From the sequence record NC_025447.1: 64,000 nucleotides of DNA, one strand, 5' to 3'. Made by a program: the position numbers and the translations under genes. Below the pieces are notes generated by a model. The model was not told where the DNA came from and did not search any database. It worked only from the letters and a program-made list of their open reading frames with translations. Within the stretch, counting starts at the first letter, position 1, and each line of letters opens with the position of its first letter. This document shows positions 9,942-22,530 of the stretch, one piece after another.

Positions 9942-10116
9942 AACATTTGACGAGTGGTATCAAATGCATTACAATATAAATGCAGGTGATGTATACTTCT
10001 TTAAGTTGGAGTTGTTTTTATTGTTAAATGATCCCGAATCGTACTATAACAATATCATTTATTGTGATGATTTTAGTACATATTTTAGTATTGCAGTTAT
10101 GGATATAAAAAGATGA
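9931..10116 (+). CDS. MTHEEW-like microprotein (divergent, KTFDEW)
   Basis: GTG9931 in frame with ORF 9883..10116. Confidence 0.5.
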   Translation: MQPKTFDEWYQMHYNINAGDVYFFKLELFLLLNDPESYYNNIIYCDDFSTYFSIAVMDIKR

Positions 10117-10286
10117 CACATGAAGAATGGTTGGTACAAACTGAACACTTGGTTATAGCAAGTATGAAATTTTGAAATGAACAGTTGATGCACTTGGTAA
10201 GTAATAAAGCGTATTACGATGCATTCTTTGGGAAAAATGCTACAATTGAGGTTCATGTGTATTATGCTATTACATTTGGTGATTAA
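10113..10286 (+). pseudogene. MTHEEW microprotein with in-frame TGA
   Basis: MTHEEWLVQTEHLVIASMKF, TGA at 10173-10175, then 36 more in-frame codons. Confidence 0.55.
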
Positions 10287-10289
10287 TTT

Positions 10290-10457
10290 ATGAAATATGA
10301 ACATTTAAAATACTATGCTGATAGAATAAATTATTATCCCTTTTATATAAGATTAGATGCATTAATATCAAAAAAAGTTGTATATAAACGTTCTCAAGCT
10401 GATCTAACCAATATAGCATTCATTCTTGCAGTACTGTCTAAAATGGGATAATATTAA
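10290..10457 (+). CDS. 55-aa hypothetical protein
   Basis: Manually translated (MKYEHLKYY..). Confidence 0.5.
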
Positions 10458-10477
10458 ATTAAGATGGATATTAAGAG

Positions 10478-10654
10478 ATGACACATGAAGAATGGTTAGA
10501 TGAACTAAAATTCAAACATAATCCTTTTGGTTTTGGTATACGCCAAGGTCATTATGATGTGTTAAAAGATAAACAACTTTTCAAATCATTTGTACTTGAT
10601 GCGGATAGCAACCACTGGTTCATCTATGAGCTTGCAATTAGAGACAAAAAATAG
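10478..10654 (+). CDS. MTHEEW microprotein (58 aa)
   Basis: Manually translated; paralog of 10997..11179. Confidence 0.75.
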   Translation: MTHEEWLDELKFKHNPFGFGIRQGHYDVLKDKQLFKSFVLDADSNHWFIYELAIRDKK

Positions 10655-10659
10655 TAAGA

Positions 10660-10995
<336 letters not shown>

Positions 10996-10996
10996 A

Positions 10997-11179
10997 ATGA
11001 CACACGAAGAATGGATGTACAAACAGCATAAAGAACATGACTGCTTTGGGAATGGTATTCGTCAGGTACATTATGATATTCTCAAAGATATAAATTTATT
11101 CATAAAATATGTTTTGGATGAAAATAAACATTGGTTTATATATGAGATTGCATATAGAAACTCAAATAAACAAAAATAA
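10997..11179 (+). CDS. MTHEEW microprotein (60 aa)
   Basis: Internal ATG of ORF 10979..11179. Confidence 0.75.
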   Translation: MTHEEWMYKQHKEHDCFGNGIRQVHYDILKDINLFIKYVLDENKHWFIYEIAYRNSNKQK

Positions 11180-11193
11180 ATAAGGAATATATT

Positions 11194-11412
11194 ATGGAAA
11201 CAACGTTATTTGAAGTTATTCAAGCATTAAAAACTGGTGATGACATTCAAGTATTGCTACATGGTTATCGTTTAAAAGGCACTGTGGTTTTAGTTAATGA
11301 CACAACGTTAGTTATTGCCGAAACAAATCCATATGATAGTAATCAAGTTGCTAATATCCATATTGATATTAAAAGCATTATTGGTGTAGGCGTAAATAAA
11401 AATCAAGAATAA
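11194..11412 (+). CDS. possible Sm/Hfq-like fold protein
   Basis: 72 aa; beta-strand pattern IQVLLHGYRLKGTV..LVI..IHIDIKSIIGV. Confidence 0.45.
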   Translation: METTLFEVIQALKTGDDIQVLLHGYRLKGTVVLVNDTTLVIAETNPYDSNQVANIHIDIKSIIGVGVNKNQE

Positions 11413-11490
11413 CAAATGTTTTTGAAAAAAACCAGAAAATGAATGATTTTTTTGGACAACTCAAAAATATATGATATAATAATTAGTACA

Positions 11491-11580
<90 letters not shown>

Positions 11581-11584
11581 ATAT

Positions 11585-11680
<96 letters not shown>

Positions 11681-11689
11681 CTAAAAACC

Positions 11690-11854
11690 ATGACGCATGA
11701 AGAATGGATGAATGATATTAATTTTAGATATTCGGGTATCGGTAGTTGGCGAAAATATCATTGGGAAATTATTTCAGACCCAGCAGAATACGATAAACTT
11801 ATAAACCATGAAGTATATCCGTGGTTCTTTATTGAAATAATGGTACGAATATGA
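11690..11854 (+). CDS. MTHEEW microprotein (54 aa)
   Basis: Manually translated; tandem duplicate of the next gene. Confidence 0.8.
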   Translation: MTHEEWMNDINFRYSGIGSWRKYHWEIISDPAEYDKLINHEVYPWFFIEIMVRI

Positions 11855-12011
11855 CGCATGAAGAATGGATGAATGACATTAATTTTAGATATTCGGGTAT
11901 CGGTAAATGGCTAAAGTATCATTGGGAATTCATTTCAGAGCCACATATGTATGATAAACTTATCAACGATCCAGCATATGAAATGTACTTAATTGAACTA
12001 CTGGTACGAAT

Positions 12012-12015
<4 letters not shown>
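11851..12015 (+). CDS. MTHEEW microprotein (54 aa)
   Basis: First 18 aa identical to the previous gene; ATGA coupling. Confidence 0.8.
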
Positions 12016-12177
<162 letters not shown>

Positions 12178-12185
12178 AAAAAAAG

Positions 12186-12599
<414 letters not shown>

Positions 12600-12656
12600 C
12601 TAAATAATTCAGTACTGAGGATATTAATATGTTTAAAGATGAACGTCCAGATTTGT

Positions 12657-12694
<38 letters not shown>

Positions 12695-12715
12695 GAATTC
12701 CACAATCAGACGTAT

Positions 12716-13033
12716 ATGGTGTAAGCTACGTCGATGCAATCCAGAACAAGATCTCTGGTACTCTAGGAAGTGGTGAATGTTAACCTAGACGGGTTTGATA
12801 ATTGGACGATAGGCAATTATTACTTGACTAGCAGGTTGAAACTAGAGGTGACAGTCCTTCACCAAACTGGAAAACCGGATGGACTTTTATTTAAAAGGGT
12901 AAGGCGTGGAAATATGTTTACAGAAGTTGCTTTTAGTAGCCTGTACGCCCCACGACAAGGTAGCCGAAAGGTAAGTTAAAACGGGTGGTTATAAAGCTGA
13001 ATTAACAGCGGCGTTTAAAAGCGTCACCATCCA
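12716..13033 (+). ncRNA. candidate structured ncRNA, about 315 nt, with tRNA-like 3' end
   Basis: Own promoter; ATGGTG/CACCAT closing stem; many hairpins; ends in CCA then T7. Confidence 0.6.
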
Positions 13034-13056
13034 TTTTTTTAATTAAAGTTGGCGAT

Positions 13057-13809
<753 letters not shown>

Positions 13810-13826
13810 TTCACATGATATAGGGA

Positions 13827-14088
<262 letters not shown>

Positions 14089-14096
14089 GAATCTTC

Positions 14097-14498
14097 ATGA
14101 AAAAGAATGACTTGATCAAAATGCTCCAAGAGATTGACGGCAATCCAGAGATTGTTATTTGGAATGGCTATGTCGATGATTATATGAACATCGAAAAAGG
14201 CTTGACTAAAATCACACTAGTCAAAGAAACTGAACAGTTCCTTCTGAACGCATTAGAGCATGAATGGTGCGAACGTAACAAGACATTCGACATTCCAGAA
14301 GACCAACGAACTAAGATTGCAGAACGTGCTAAAGAACTTCATAAGAAGCGTGAATACGATTTCCAGAACCCATATGTTACTGAAGAAGAATTCAATCGCT
14401 GGTACGGAAAAAGAAAGTTGACAAAGTATGTTCTTTCACCTAAACTACGTGGTAAGACTTCTCTTGGTGTATTCAATGCATCTGACTTAGATTACTAA
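14097..14498 (+). CDS. hypothetical protein
   Basis: ORF track; SD AGGA. Confidence 0.8.
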   Translation: MKKNDLIKMLQEIDGNPEIVIWNGYVDDYMNIEKGLTKITLVKETEQFLLNALEHEWCERNKTFDIPEDQRTKIAERAKELHKKREYDFQNPYVTEEEFNRWYGKRKLTKYVLSPKLRGKTSLGVFNASDLDY

Positions 14499-14508
14499 GG
14501 AAAACAAA

Positions 14509-14829
14509 ATGATGTGGTATTCAAATGTACCGTGTGAACCTAAATATATTCAGATTTCACATAATGCACTGAAAGCGTTCTGTGATAATTGCAGTACTAA
14601 AGATTATCACTTCGAAGACTTCAGAACGTTGATTTATGACCATCACTGTCAGCCAGCAACCAAAGATGGTATGTTTGTAATTGAACAATTCTTTCATGGT
14701 AAGGTATTGCAAATTGTTGCTGATTATCTGAAAGCAATGGGATATATTATCAAAGATGATTATCTTGATTTAGAAGGTGAATGCATTGTTGATGGTTATG
14801 ATGGTGTACTGATGAATTGGACATGGTGA
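14509..14829 (+). CDS. hypothetical protein
   Basis: ORF track. Confidence 0.75.
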   Translation: MMWYSNVPCEPKYIQISHNALKAFCDNCSTKDYHFEDFRTLIYDHHCQPATKDGMFVIEQFFHGKVLQIVADYLKAMGYIIKDDYLDLEGECIVDGYDGVLMNWTW

Positions 14830-14833
14830 TGAA

Positions 14834-15136
14834 ATGATTGCAACAATGATGATTGTACTTATCCCAATAGTACTAGTAATTCTAGTGACTTCATATGGTG
14901 CAACCACAACTATTGAAGATCTAAAAACACATTACGCTATCGTCTTTAGTGAAGCACATGAAGACTTTGGTACAGTACTGACCGATAAGACTTATATTGC
15001 AACTAAATGTAAGTACTACCGATTCTGGGAACGTTCTGACAAATACCACTACAGAGATGAGAAAGGCGTGAATCAGTACTTAGACGTACTGGATGCATTC
15101 TTGAAACCTTACTATACAGTAACCGAGGTAAAATAA
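14834..15136 (+). CDS. N-terminally anchored membrane protein
   Basis: Hydrophobic N-terminus. Confidence 0.7.
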   Translation: MIATMMIVLIPIVLVILVTSYGATTTIEDLKTHYAIVFSEAHEDFGTVLTDKTYIATKCKYYRFWERSDKYHYRDEKGVNQYLDVLDAFLKPYYTVTEVK

Positions 15137-15137
15137 C

Positions 15138-15353
15138 GTGAAAGCTAAAGATTTGATTTCAATTTTACAGAAAAACCCAGAAGCAGATATTCTTATTCAT
15201 GCTTCGCCTTATGATGACTATGCGATTGGTAGTTGCGAAACTGCTCATTCATATCAAGCAGGGGACACCGCTGTTGAAGAGTCTGGTGAAGATTTTTCGG
15301 AATCATTTGATGAAGATGGAAAACTCTTAGTACCAGTCATCATTCTCTCATAA
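15138..15353 (+). CDS. hypothetical protein
   Basis: ORF track; GTG start. Confidence 0.7.
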   Translation: MKAKDLISILQKNPEADILIHASPYDDYAIGSCETAHSYQAGDTAVEESGEDFSESFDEDGKLLVPVIILS

Positions 15354-15360
15354 AAGAACG

Positions 15361-15630
<270 letters not shown>

Positions 15631-15632
15631 AA

Positions 15633-15661
15633 TTGACATAACTTTGAATGGAGTGTATTAT
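15633..15661 (+). promoter_or_regulatory. sigma70-type promoter
   Basis: TTGACA-17-TATTAT. Confidence 0.7.
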
Positions 15662-15704
15662 GTTCCAAGAAGAAAACTGGGGTTTTTAACATAACGGGGA
15701 ATGT

Positions 15705-15837
<133 letters not shown>

Positions 15838-15838
15838 G

Positions 15839-15889
<51 letters not shown>

Positions 15890-15895
15890 TAATTA

Positions 15896-15968
15896 GCCGA
15901 CTTAGCTCAGTAGGTAGAGCGTTCCTCTTGTAAGGGAAATGTCACCAGTTCAATTCCGGTAGTCGGCA
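15896..15968 (+). tRNA. tRNA-Thr(UGU)
   Basis: GCCGACT/AGTCGGC, TTCCT-CTTGTAA-GGGAA; no encoded CCA. Confidence 0.92.
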
Positions 15969-15980
15969 CAAAATAAAGGT

Positions 15981-16421
<441 letters not shown>

Positions 16422-16429
<8 letters not shown>

Positions 16430-16787
16430 TCTAATAGTACGTATAATGCAAGATGTTTGTAATAACCTTTATACAGGCAATTTTGACGATCCGAACATAA
16501 AAATATTATGTTATGATGGTTTTACAATGGTACATCCAGCCTATTCAAATAATATCTACGTAGCATATACAGGTGAAAATCTATTGTATCAATTTGATAT
16601 ATATAGTACAATGACAAAGATAATTTTGGATGCATCTAAACCAGCAATCTTTATTGCTTCTCATGATTACCATTACACGGAAGAATCACTATTTCAGTAC
16701 TCAATGATTAATGACATTGGTGGGTTGACATTGGATGAGGTTAATGCTATACTAGCTGTCTCACGTTTGGTTAAAACCCACAATTAG
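16422..16787 (+). CDS. EExxFQxS-motif family protein
   Basis: TEESLFQYSMINDIGGLT. Confidence 0.8.
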
Positions 16788-16796
16788 GAGATTCAT

Positions 16797-16988
16797 ATGT
16801 TCTGGAATTTATTATGCTTGTTTGGTCGCACATTAGTACTTGCAATTATTCATACACCTGGCATTCGTAATTATGTTTCTTATGAATTTAAGAAAGATTA
16901 TCACAACGGTACTGAAGTACGTGCCACTAAAATGTGCAAAGACTTCAATGTATCCGTTCCTCCATTTAAGAAGTACGAGGATGAATAA
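16797..16988 (+). CDS. hypothetical protein
   Basis: ORF track; SD AGGAG. Confidence 0.7.
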   Translation: MFWNLLCLFGRTLVLAIIHTPGIRNYVSYEFKKDYHNGTEVRATKMCKDFNVSVPPFKKYEDE

Positions 16989-17272
16989 TGGAATTCATTG
17001 TTGCACCTGATGAACTTAAAACATTCACGTTCAGAGATAATAATAATTATCCTTATACAAATCATTCATTGAATTCATTACATGTTATTTCAATCATTGC
17101 ATCTGAATATAGAGATAATCCATGTATTGATTTTAAAACCACTGATGGTGAATATACATGGGTGATCCCAAAAGATAAATATAGTTATCAAGGGGCAGTA
17201 GATATTCGTGACTCGATTCTAAAACAAATCGAAGATGGAAATACTCATCCTAAACTAAAAACTCAGTACTGA
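16988..17272 (+). CDS. hypothetical protein
   Basis: ORF track. Confidence 0.7.
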   Translation: MEFIVAPDELKTFTFRDNNNYPYTNHSLNSLHVISIIASEYRDNPCIDFKTTDGEYTWVIPKDKYSYQGAVDIRDSILKQIEDGNTHPKLKTQY

Positions 17273-17459
17273 AATCGTTTAACCCGATAGCTTCTAGTCA
17301 GTACTGATTCCTCCTTATGTATAGAAGCTATCACTTTTTACGTATAATGATATTACCCTCAAATTCATTATATTCGTTACCCTCTAACAGTATCTTTTTA
17401 TTCCTCTTGGATGCTGTAATTTAGAAGTTGACATTTTAACTTCTTATATGTTATACTTA

Positions 17460-17487
17460 AGGCTGATTCAATGAATCGGCCTTTTTT
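17460..17487 (+). terminator. intrinsic terminator
   Basis: GGCTGATTCA/TGAATCGGCC plus T6. Confidence 0.7.
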
Positions 17488-17496
17488 CTTATATAG

Positions 17497-17925
17497 GTGA
17501 ATGCAATGAGTTATTTGTTTACTTTAATTGATAAGTATGTTGACATTGTATACCGTCAAGTTTGTAGTGATACGTTTGAAACAAAAAACCCAATTAGAGA
17601 TGGAATTTTTGATGTTGCCGTTGGATCATTTTTGAATGGGTACACCGAGTCATTATACAACAGTAATAATATTTTTATTTCAGTTCAATCAAGGCATACA
17701 TCAGACTATGCTGTTAGCATTGATATTTGGGAAAATAATATAGAAATAGACATAACGGAACATACTAACATTTGTGTTGATGATACATTTAATCAATTAA
17801 CTGAAGAAATGTACTTGCAGTTGAATTTTGTACATGATCTTACAAATATCAGTTATGATACATTAAGGAAAATATGTTTTCTTAGTGGGGTGATTCGTAG
17901 TAATATGAGTAAGTATGGGAAGTGA
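17497..17925 (+). CDS. EExxFQxS-motif family protein
   Basis: TEEMYLQLNFVHDL. Confidence 0.75.
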   Translation: MNAMSYLFTLIDKYVDIVYRQVCSDTFETKNPIRDGIFDVAVGSFLNGYTESLYNSNNIFISVQSRHTSDYAVSIDIWENNIEIDITEHTNICVDDTFNQLTEEMYLQLNFVHDLTNISYDTLRKICFLSGVIRSNMSKYGK

Positions 17926-18343
17926 AATGTTAAAAATTCCACCTAAGTCGTTAACACATCTTATTGAATGTGGTGTAATATTTTCCGAAGGTGATACCTC
18001 ATCATACACATCGGTCGATGAACCTTATAATTTTTCATACCAATCTTATAAAAATAATTCTAAAATTTCTTGTAGAGAGGCTGAAAACATATTAATAGAT
18101 GTTTCGTTACATAATGTTCCGAAATTTTACATTGATATCTTTGGTGATTCTTTGACAATTCGAACATATGATTATTTTATTAACAAAGACCTCTTGAATC
18201 TTCCAATTGAACATGATAGTATAGATTCAGAACTTTTCTTTCAACTATCAACTGTTTATGATTTACAGGGTTTAACTGTTGAACAGTTGAATGGTATTTT
18301 TGAGATTTCACGAAACATACGAAGCAGGAACACAAATGTCTAA
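17915..18343 (+). CDS. EExxFQxS-motif family protein
   Basis: DSELFFQLSTVYDLQGLT. Confidence 0.8.
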   Translation: MGSEMLKIPPKSLTHLIECGVIFSEGDTSSYTSVDEPYNFSYQSYKNNSKISCREAENILIDVSLHNVPKFYIDIFGDSLTIRTYDYFINKDLLNLPIEHDSIDSELFFQLSTVYDLQGLTVEQLNGIFEISRNIRSRNTNV

Positions 18344-18746
18344 TATTTTAAATGAAAAAACAGTTGATGTTGCTATTGGCGTTCTTAACACCGCAACTTC
18401 ATTTCAGAAGAAACACAGTGTTGTATACTTTGGTGAAGATTGTTGGCTGAACTATACTAATAATTCGTTTATAATTCGTGTAGAGGCTGATGATATTGGA
18501 TTAACCGTTCAGGTAGGATATACCAAAACTGGTAAACAAATCACTGTCATTGTCGATAAACTTACGTCTTCTTTTTATGATAGTATAAATGATTGTGAAC
18601 ACTATAGTTCAACATTTTATGATACCGAAGAAGAACATTTTATGGATAGTACTGTTAAAGAGTTAGCTATTCCATATAATCTAATGAAAGCCGTGAGTGA
18701 TTTAATTTTAAAATATAAAAAAATAGGAGTTACTAATGCAATTTAA
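18336..18746 (+). CDS. EExxFQxS-motif family protein
   Basis: TEEEHFMDSTVKE; start moved to ATG18336. Confidence 0.75.
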   Translation: MSNILNEKTVDVAIGVLNTATSFQKKHSVVYFGEDCWLNYTNNSFIIRVEADDIGLTVQVGYTKTGKQITVIVDKLTSSFYDSINDCEHYSSTFYDTEEEHFMDSTVKELAIPYNLMKAVSDLILKYKKIGVTNAI

Positions 18747-19182
18747 TGGTAAAGTTTCCAAAGTAGGTTTGGTTTTTGAAAACTGTGAATTTGTTGATAT
18801 TGATGTAAAGAATGTTTTATGGATGCATATTGCTGATGAGAAGACTCTTTGTAGCCGTTTTTCAAACGGACTGACAATTAGTACTGTTATCGGTGAGTTT
18901 GGTATTGCTTTACGCAGCAATACACCATCTGATTTCATGGATAACTCTACATTGTTGGAACGTTTGAAAATGCGTGACGTGACACACGTTTATCTTTATG
19001 ATACTAACGGTGTTATTCAACGTTATGTAGTCGAATGGGCTGATTACAACCTTAATGGGCAATATTCAGTTAACCAGCGTGTTCAACTAACGCCCGGTGG
19101 AAATATTGTGTTTGTTAGTTCAACTGGCAAATTAATCAGTGTAGATGATAAAAACATTGACCTATTCACAGCATATAACTAA
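18736..19182 (+). CDS. hypothetical protein
   Basis: ORF track; SD AGGAG. Confidence 0.8.
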   Translation: MQFNGKVSKVGLVFENCEFVDIDVKNVLWMHIADEKTLCSRFSNGLTISTVIGEFGIALRSNTPSDFMDNSTLLERLKMRDVTHVYLYDTNGVIQRYVVEWADYNLNGQYSVNQRVQLTPGGNIVFVSSTGKLISVDDKNIDLFTAYN

Positions 19183-19193
19183 TACGAGCTTCT

Positions 19194-19613
19194 ATGAAAA
19201 CAATCAAAATTCATTTCAAAGACACTTGGACAGAAGTAAGTACTGGTAATATTCAGGATATTTTATATAGTACTGAAACTATTCATGTTTATGATGAAGA
19301 AACTGGTGCCGAGCAGTTAAAAGTTTTGCATCGTAGTGTTGGTGAGCACACTGAATATGGAATTAAACATACTCGTGAATTACTTAATACTAATCACATT
19401 GAAACCCGTAAAGCAAACTTATCAAAAGAAGAAATGTTTGATTTCATCCTGAACCATAAAGTTCATATTGAACCTGATGGGTCGATATGGGAGAACACTG
19501 CTGGACAAAAAGTGCTGAAAAAATATCATGTTTCTATTGATAATGTAAAAATGTCAGGGTATGATTTGGAAGATGCAATTAATGAATATGTATCTAGGCA
19601 GAGGGCAAATTGA
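19194..19613 (+). CDS. hypothetical protein
   Basis: ORF track. Confidence 0.75.
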   Translation: MKTIKIHFKDTWTEVSTGNIQDILYSTETIHVYDEETGAEQLKVLHRSVGEHTEYGIKHTRELLNTNHIETRKANLSKEEMFDFILNHKVHIEPDGSIWENTAGQKVLKKYHVSIDNVKMSGYDLEDAINEYVSRQRAN

Positions 19614-19984
19614 TGAGCTTGATCACATTTACAATTATTTGTTGCATTACTATTGTACTTTGTCGCCTGATTCATGTATACTCATATCATAAAGCGTTGC
19701 GAATCGAACAAGAGATTTACAACGAAAACCGAGAACCAGAACCAGTCAAGAAGCCACCTTCCCCTTATGGGTTGAAACGTGAGATGCATTCTCAAAGTAA
19801 AAAGTGGGGTTATGCAATTACTAAAAATGGCTACATCTACACTGCAAGTAATGGTTATTTTCAAATTCACCACGAATTAGAAGTGGCAGTTCAAATTTTG
19901 TGGGAGATGGAGGACATTGGTGGTTATGAGCGTACTAAGTTTGAATTCATATCAAATGATCCAGGAACTTCACGAGAAACATGA
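19610..19984 (+). CDS. N-terminally anchored membrane protein
   Basis: Hydrophobic N-terminus. Confidence 0.7.
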   Translation: MMSLITFTIICCITIVLCRLIHVYSYHKALRIEQEIYNENREPEPVKKPPSPYGLKREMHSQSKKWGYAITKNGYIYTASNGYFQIHHELEVAVQILWEMEDIGGYERTKFEFISNDPGTSRET

Positions 19985-20129
19985 TATAATTGTTGATGTG
20001 GAGAAGAAGGAAGTCGTTATGAAAACGCAAGCATATAGAATTTTAGAAGACTTCCATCTAAAAGCATTTATAATGAAGTTCTGTACAGATGAACATCTTA
20101 CCGGACGAGTAATACGTAAGGAGTTGTAA

Positions 20130-20471
20130 ATGAACTTAAGTTCAACAATTCAGTACTTGAGCAGTAACTTCGAGAAAATTATTTCTCGCGGTGGGATGAT
20201 TGTACACCCAGAAACAGAGGAAATGTACATCATTGGATTTGATAAAAATTCTTATGATCAAGTACTTGTAATTTCCAAGTTAGAAAGTTATAATGAAGTT
20301 GTTCAGTTTTGCTGTACCGAATTTGGTATCTATATTAAAGACGCTGAAACTAATACAATTTCGCATTATTTTTACCACACACTGATGGGTACTAAAGATT
20401 TCGGATTGAAGTTCAATGATTTAGTACAATGTCACTATATGTTTAAAACCTTCCCAGCTAGTGGGCACTAA
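20130..20471 (+). CDS. hypothetical protein
   Basis: ORF track; SD AAGGAG. Confidence 0.75.
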   Translation: MNLSSTIQYLSSNFEKIISRGGMIVHPETEEMYIIGFDKNSYDQVLVISKLESYNEVVQFCCTEFGIYIKDAETNTISHYFYHTLMGTKDFGLKFNDLVQCHYMFKTFPASGH

Positions 20472-20485
20472 GGAGTATATCAATA

Positions 20486-21273
20486 TGAGCAACATTTTCT
20501 TCAAAACTATTTCTTTCAAAAAAGCATCTTACTCCTACGCCTACGTTGATGGTAAAGTGCTTAATATTGTACTGGATGGTGTTGATGTACCAGTTGAATT
20601 TAAAACACATGAAGAAGCAGTTGAAGGTGCTAAAGAATTGAATTCAATTCTTAATGGTGAAGTAAGTCAAAAACAAAATGTAAAATCTGATTTAGATGTA
20701 CTTTTGGAAAAAATCAAAACTGGTGAAGTATTAGAAATTTTAGACAACTGTAATGAAAAACTTCGTAATGTAGTTAATAATGTTCGTGACCAGATTCAAG
20801 AAAAAGCACTAGAGCAAGCATTCAAACATGTATCCAAGAATGCTGAATCTCGTATTGATGGTATGGTTAAAAATCTTGATGATGTACTATCCCATCTCTT
20901 TACTAAAGAATACGAACAAGAAGTTGAAGAAGAACCAGTAAAAGAAACCAAAAAAGAAAAACGTAGCTTTGGTTCAGGTGATGATGTGTTTGGCTTTACG
21001 AATGTCCGAACAAGTGCAGATGAACCAAAAGAAATTAGTGAGATGCTCATTGGTGACATGACAACTAAGCAGCTTCGTAATGAAATTGACAAGTTTGTAA
21101 CTAGTTGTATCAAATCAGAACGTGCACAAAGTATGTTTAAAAGCATTAGTGAGAACTTTGGTCCAGAAGCAACTGAGCAGGCACTAACTGCATTTAAAGA
21201 ATTGATTTATAATGTAGCCATTAGCAATCCAGATAAAACACTTGAAGAAGTTCTACGTGACAATTTCAAATAA
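20486..21273 (+). CDS. hypothetical protein, helical/coiled-coil
   Basis: Start moved to ATG20486 (SD AAGGAG). Confidence 0.8.
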
Positions 21274-21285
21274 TTAGATAAAATT

Positions 21286-21314
21286 AAAGCCACTACAATG
21301 TAGTGGCTTTTTTT
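21286..21314. terminator. bidirectional terminator
   Basis: AAAGCCACTAC/GTAGTGGCTTT hairpin between convergent genes. Confidence 0.85.
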
Positions 21315-21315
21315 A

Positions 21316-22470
21316 TTATGCGTTGTAACCAACTATTACGACTGAGCAGTCAAGCGGTTCTACTACTTTTAAAATCACATTATCATCTTCATCCACTTGT
21401 ATTTCGCTATGAACTACATGATTGTCTGAAGAATATAATTGAACTTGTGGTAGTGCTTTACCATGTTCAGTTACTGGAACTGAGATAGAGTACATAGAGT
21501 CTTCACCGAGAACCCACTCACTTAAAGTATATTCTTTATGGAAAGGAGTAGTATGCAGTGTTTTTCCGATTATACTCAAAGAAACAGGTAAATTATCAGT
21601 TTGATACACAGTAATATTACCTTCTGCGTCTACAGAAAGATCTACACCAACTTGATATAAGTCACCACTGTATGCTTGAAGTGCTAAGTACTGTCCACGA
21701 TCATGAACATCAAATGGAACAACCGCAGAAAATACACCTTCCGAAACAGGTTCAAATTGGGATAGAAGAACTGATGTAACAAAATCAATATCCTCACCAC
21801 TTTCAAGAACATCAAATTCCACCACTTTAGTGTTATAATATGGAGAAGTGAGCGTAGCAGTACCTTTCCCTGATTGTGTGATAACATCAACTGGAATTGT
21901 AAATGCATCATTAACAAATTGGGTAGTAAAGTATTCTGTCCCGTCTGGTAATACGATTGTTATTACCATACCGTTAGTATCAATTTCTGAACCAGTGTTG
22001 AATAATTTACCACTAATTGAGTCATTACCAACAAATACTGGTGAAATGAGAATATTATCTATATCACGATCTATAATACCACATTCAGGTGTATACATAT
22101 GATACAAGGTTTGTGAACTACCTAAAATTGTTTTATGTAGCATGAATTTATATACAAATCCAGTATCAGTTTCTTGTGGCTCTTCGGAATATCCACGAAC
22201 AAAGAAACAATTTTTATTAATTTCACTTAATAGTTGGTCATTAGTTTTATTGTAATTTAATAGATAACCTTTATTATCTTTAGTTGTTATTTGTACTTTA
22301 CGATATATTATATTAGTTCTGGGATCAACTAAATCATATAATCTATGGCTTCTTTGGCGATAGATTCTAATATTTTTTAGTCTAGTTCCATCGTTGAGGA
22401 TTGCACCATCAACAACATAACCACATTCACCAAACTTATAGCGTCCAGCCGCAGCAATTGACCTTGACAT
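21316..22470 (-). CDS. 384-aa beta-rich protein, probably late/virion-associated
   Basis: Only minus-strand gene before 55 kb; SD GGAGGG; TAAATA upstream. Confidence 0.8.
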   Translation of the reverse strand: MSRSIAAAGRYKFGECGYVVDGAILNDGTRLKNIRIYRQRSHRLYDLVDPRTNIIYRKVQITTKDNKGYLLNYNKTNDQLLSEINKNCFFVRGYSEEPQETDTGFVYKFMLHKTILGSSQTLYHMYTPECGIIDRDIDNILISPVFVGNDSISGKLFNTGSEIDTNGMVITIVLPDGTEYFTTQFVNDAFTIPVDVITQSGKGTATLTSPYYNTKVVEFDVLESGEDIDFVTSVLLSQFEPVSEGVFSAVVPFDVHDRGQYLALQAYSGDLYQVGVDLSVDAEGNITVYQTDNLPVSLSIIGKTLHTTPFHKEYTLSEWVLGEDSMYSISVPVTEHGKALPQVQLYSSDNHVVHSEIQVDEDDNVILKVVEPLDCSVVIVGYNA

Positions 22471-22530
22471 TTATCCCTCCATTGGTATAATTATTATAAC
22501 GTATTTATTATGCATATCCAAAAAATGAGC

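Noticed and set aside
10173-10175. Genetic-code reassignment suggested by the in-frame TGA and odd tRNAs
   Set aside because: TAA, TAG and TGA all end many normal genes here; a single nonsense change or error is simpler
12770-12979. 69-aa ORF in the ORF track
   Set aside because: No SD, GTG start, and it lies wholly inside a densely paired region better explained as ncRNA
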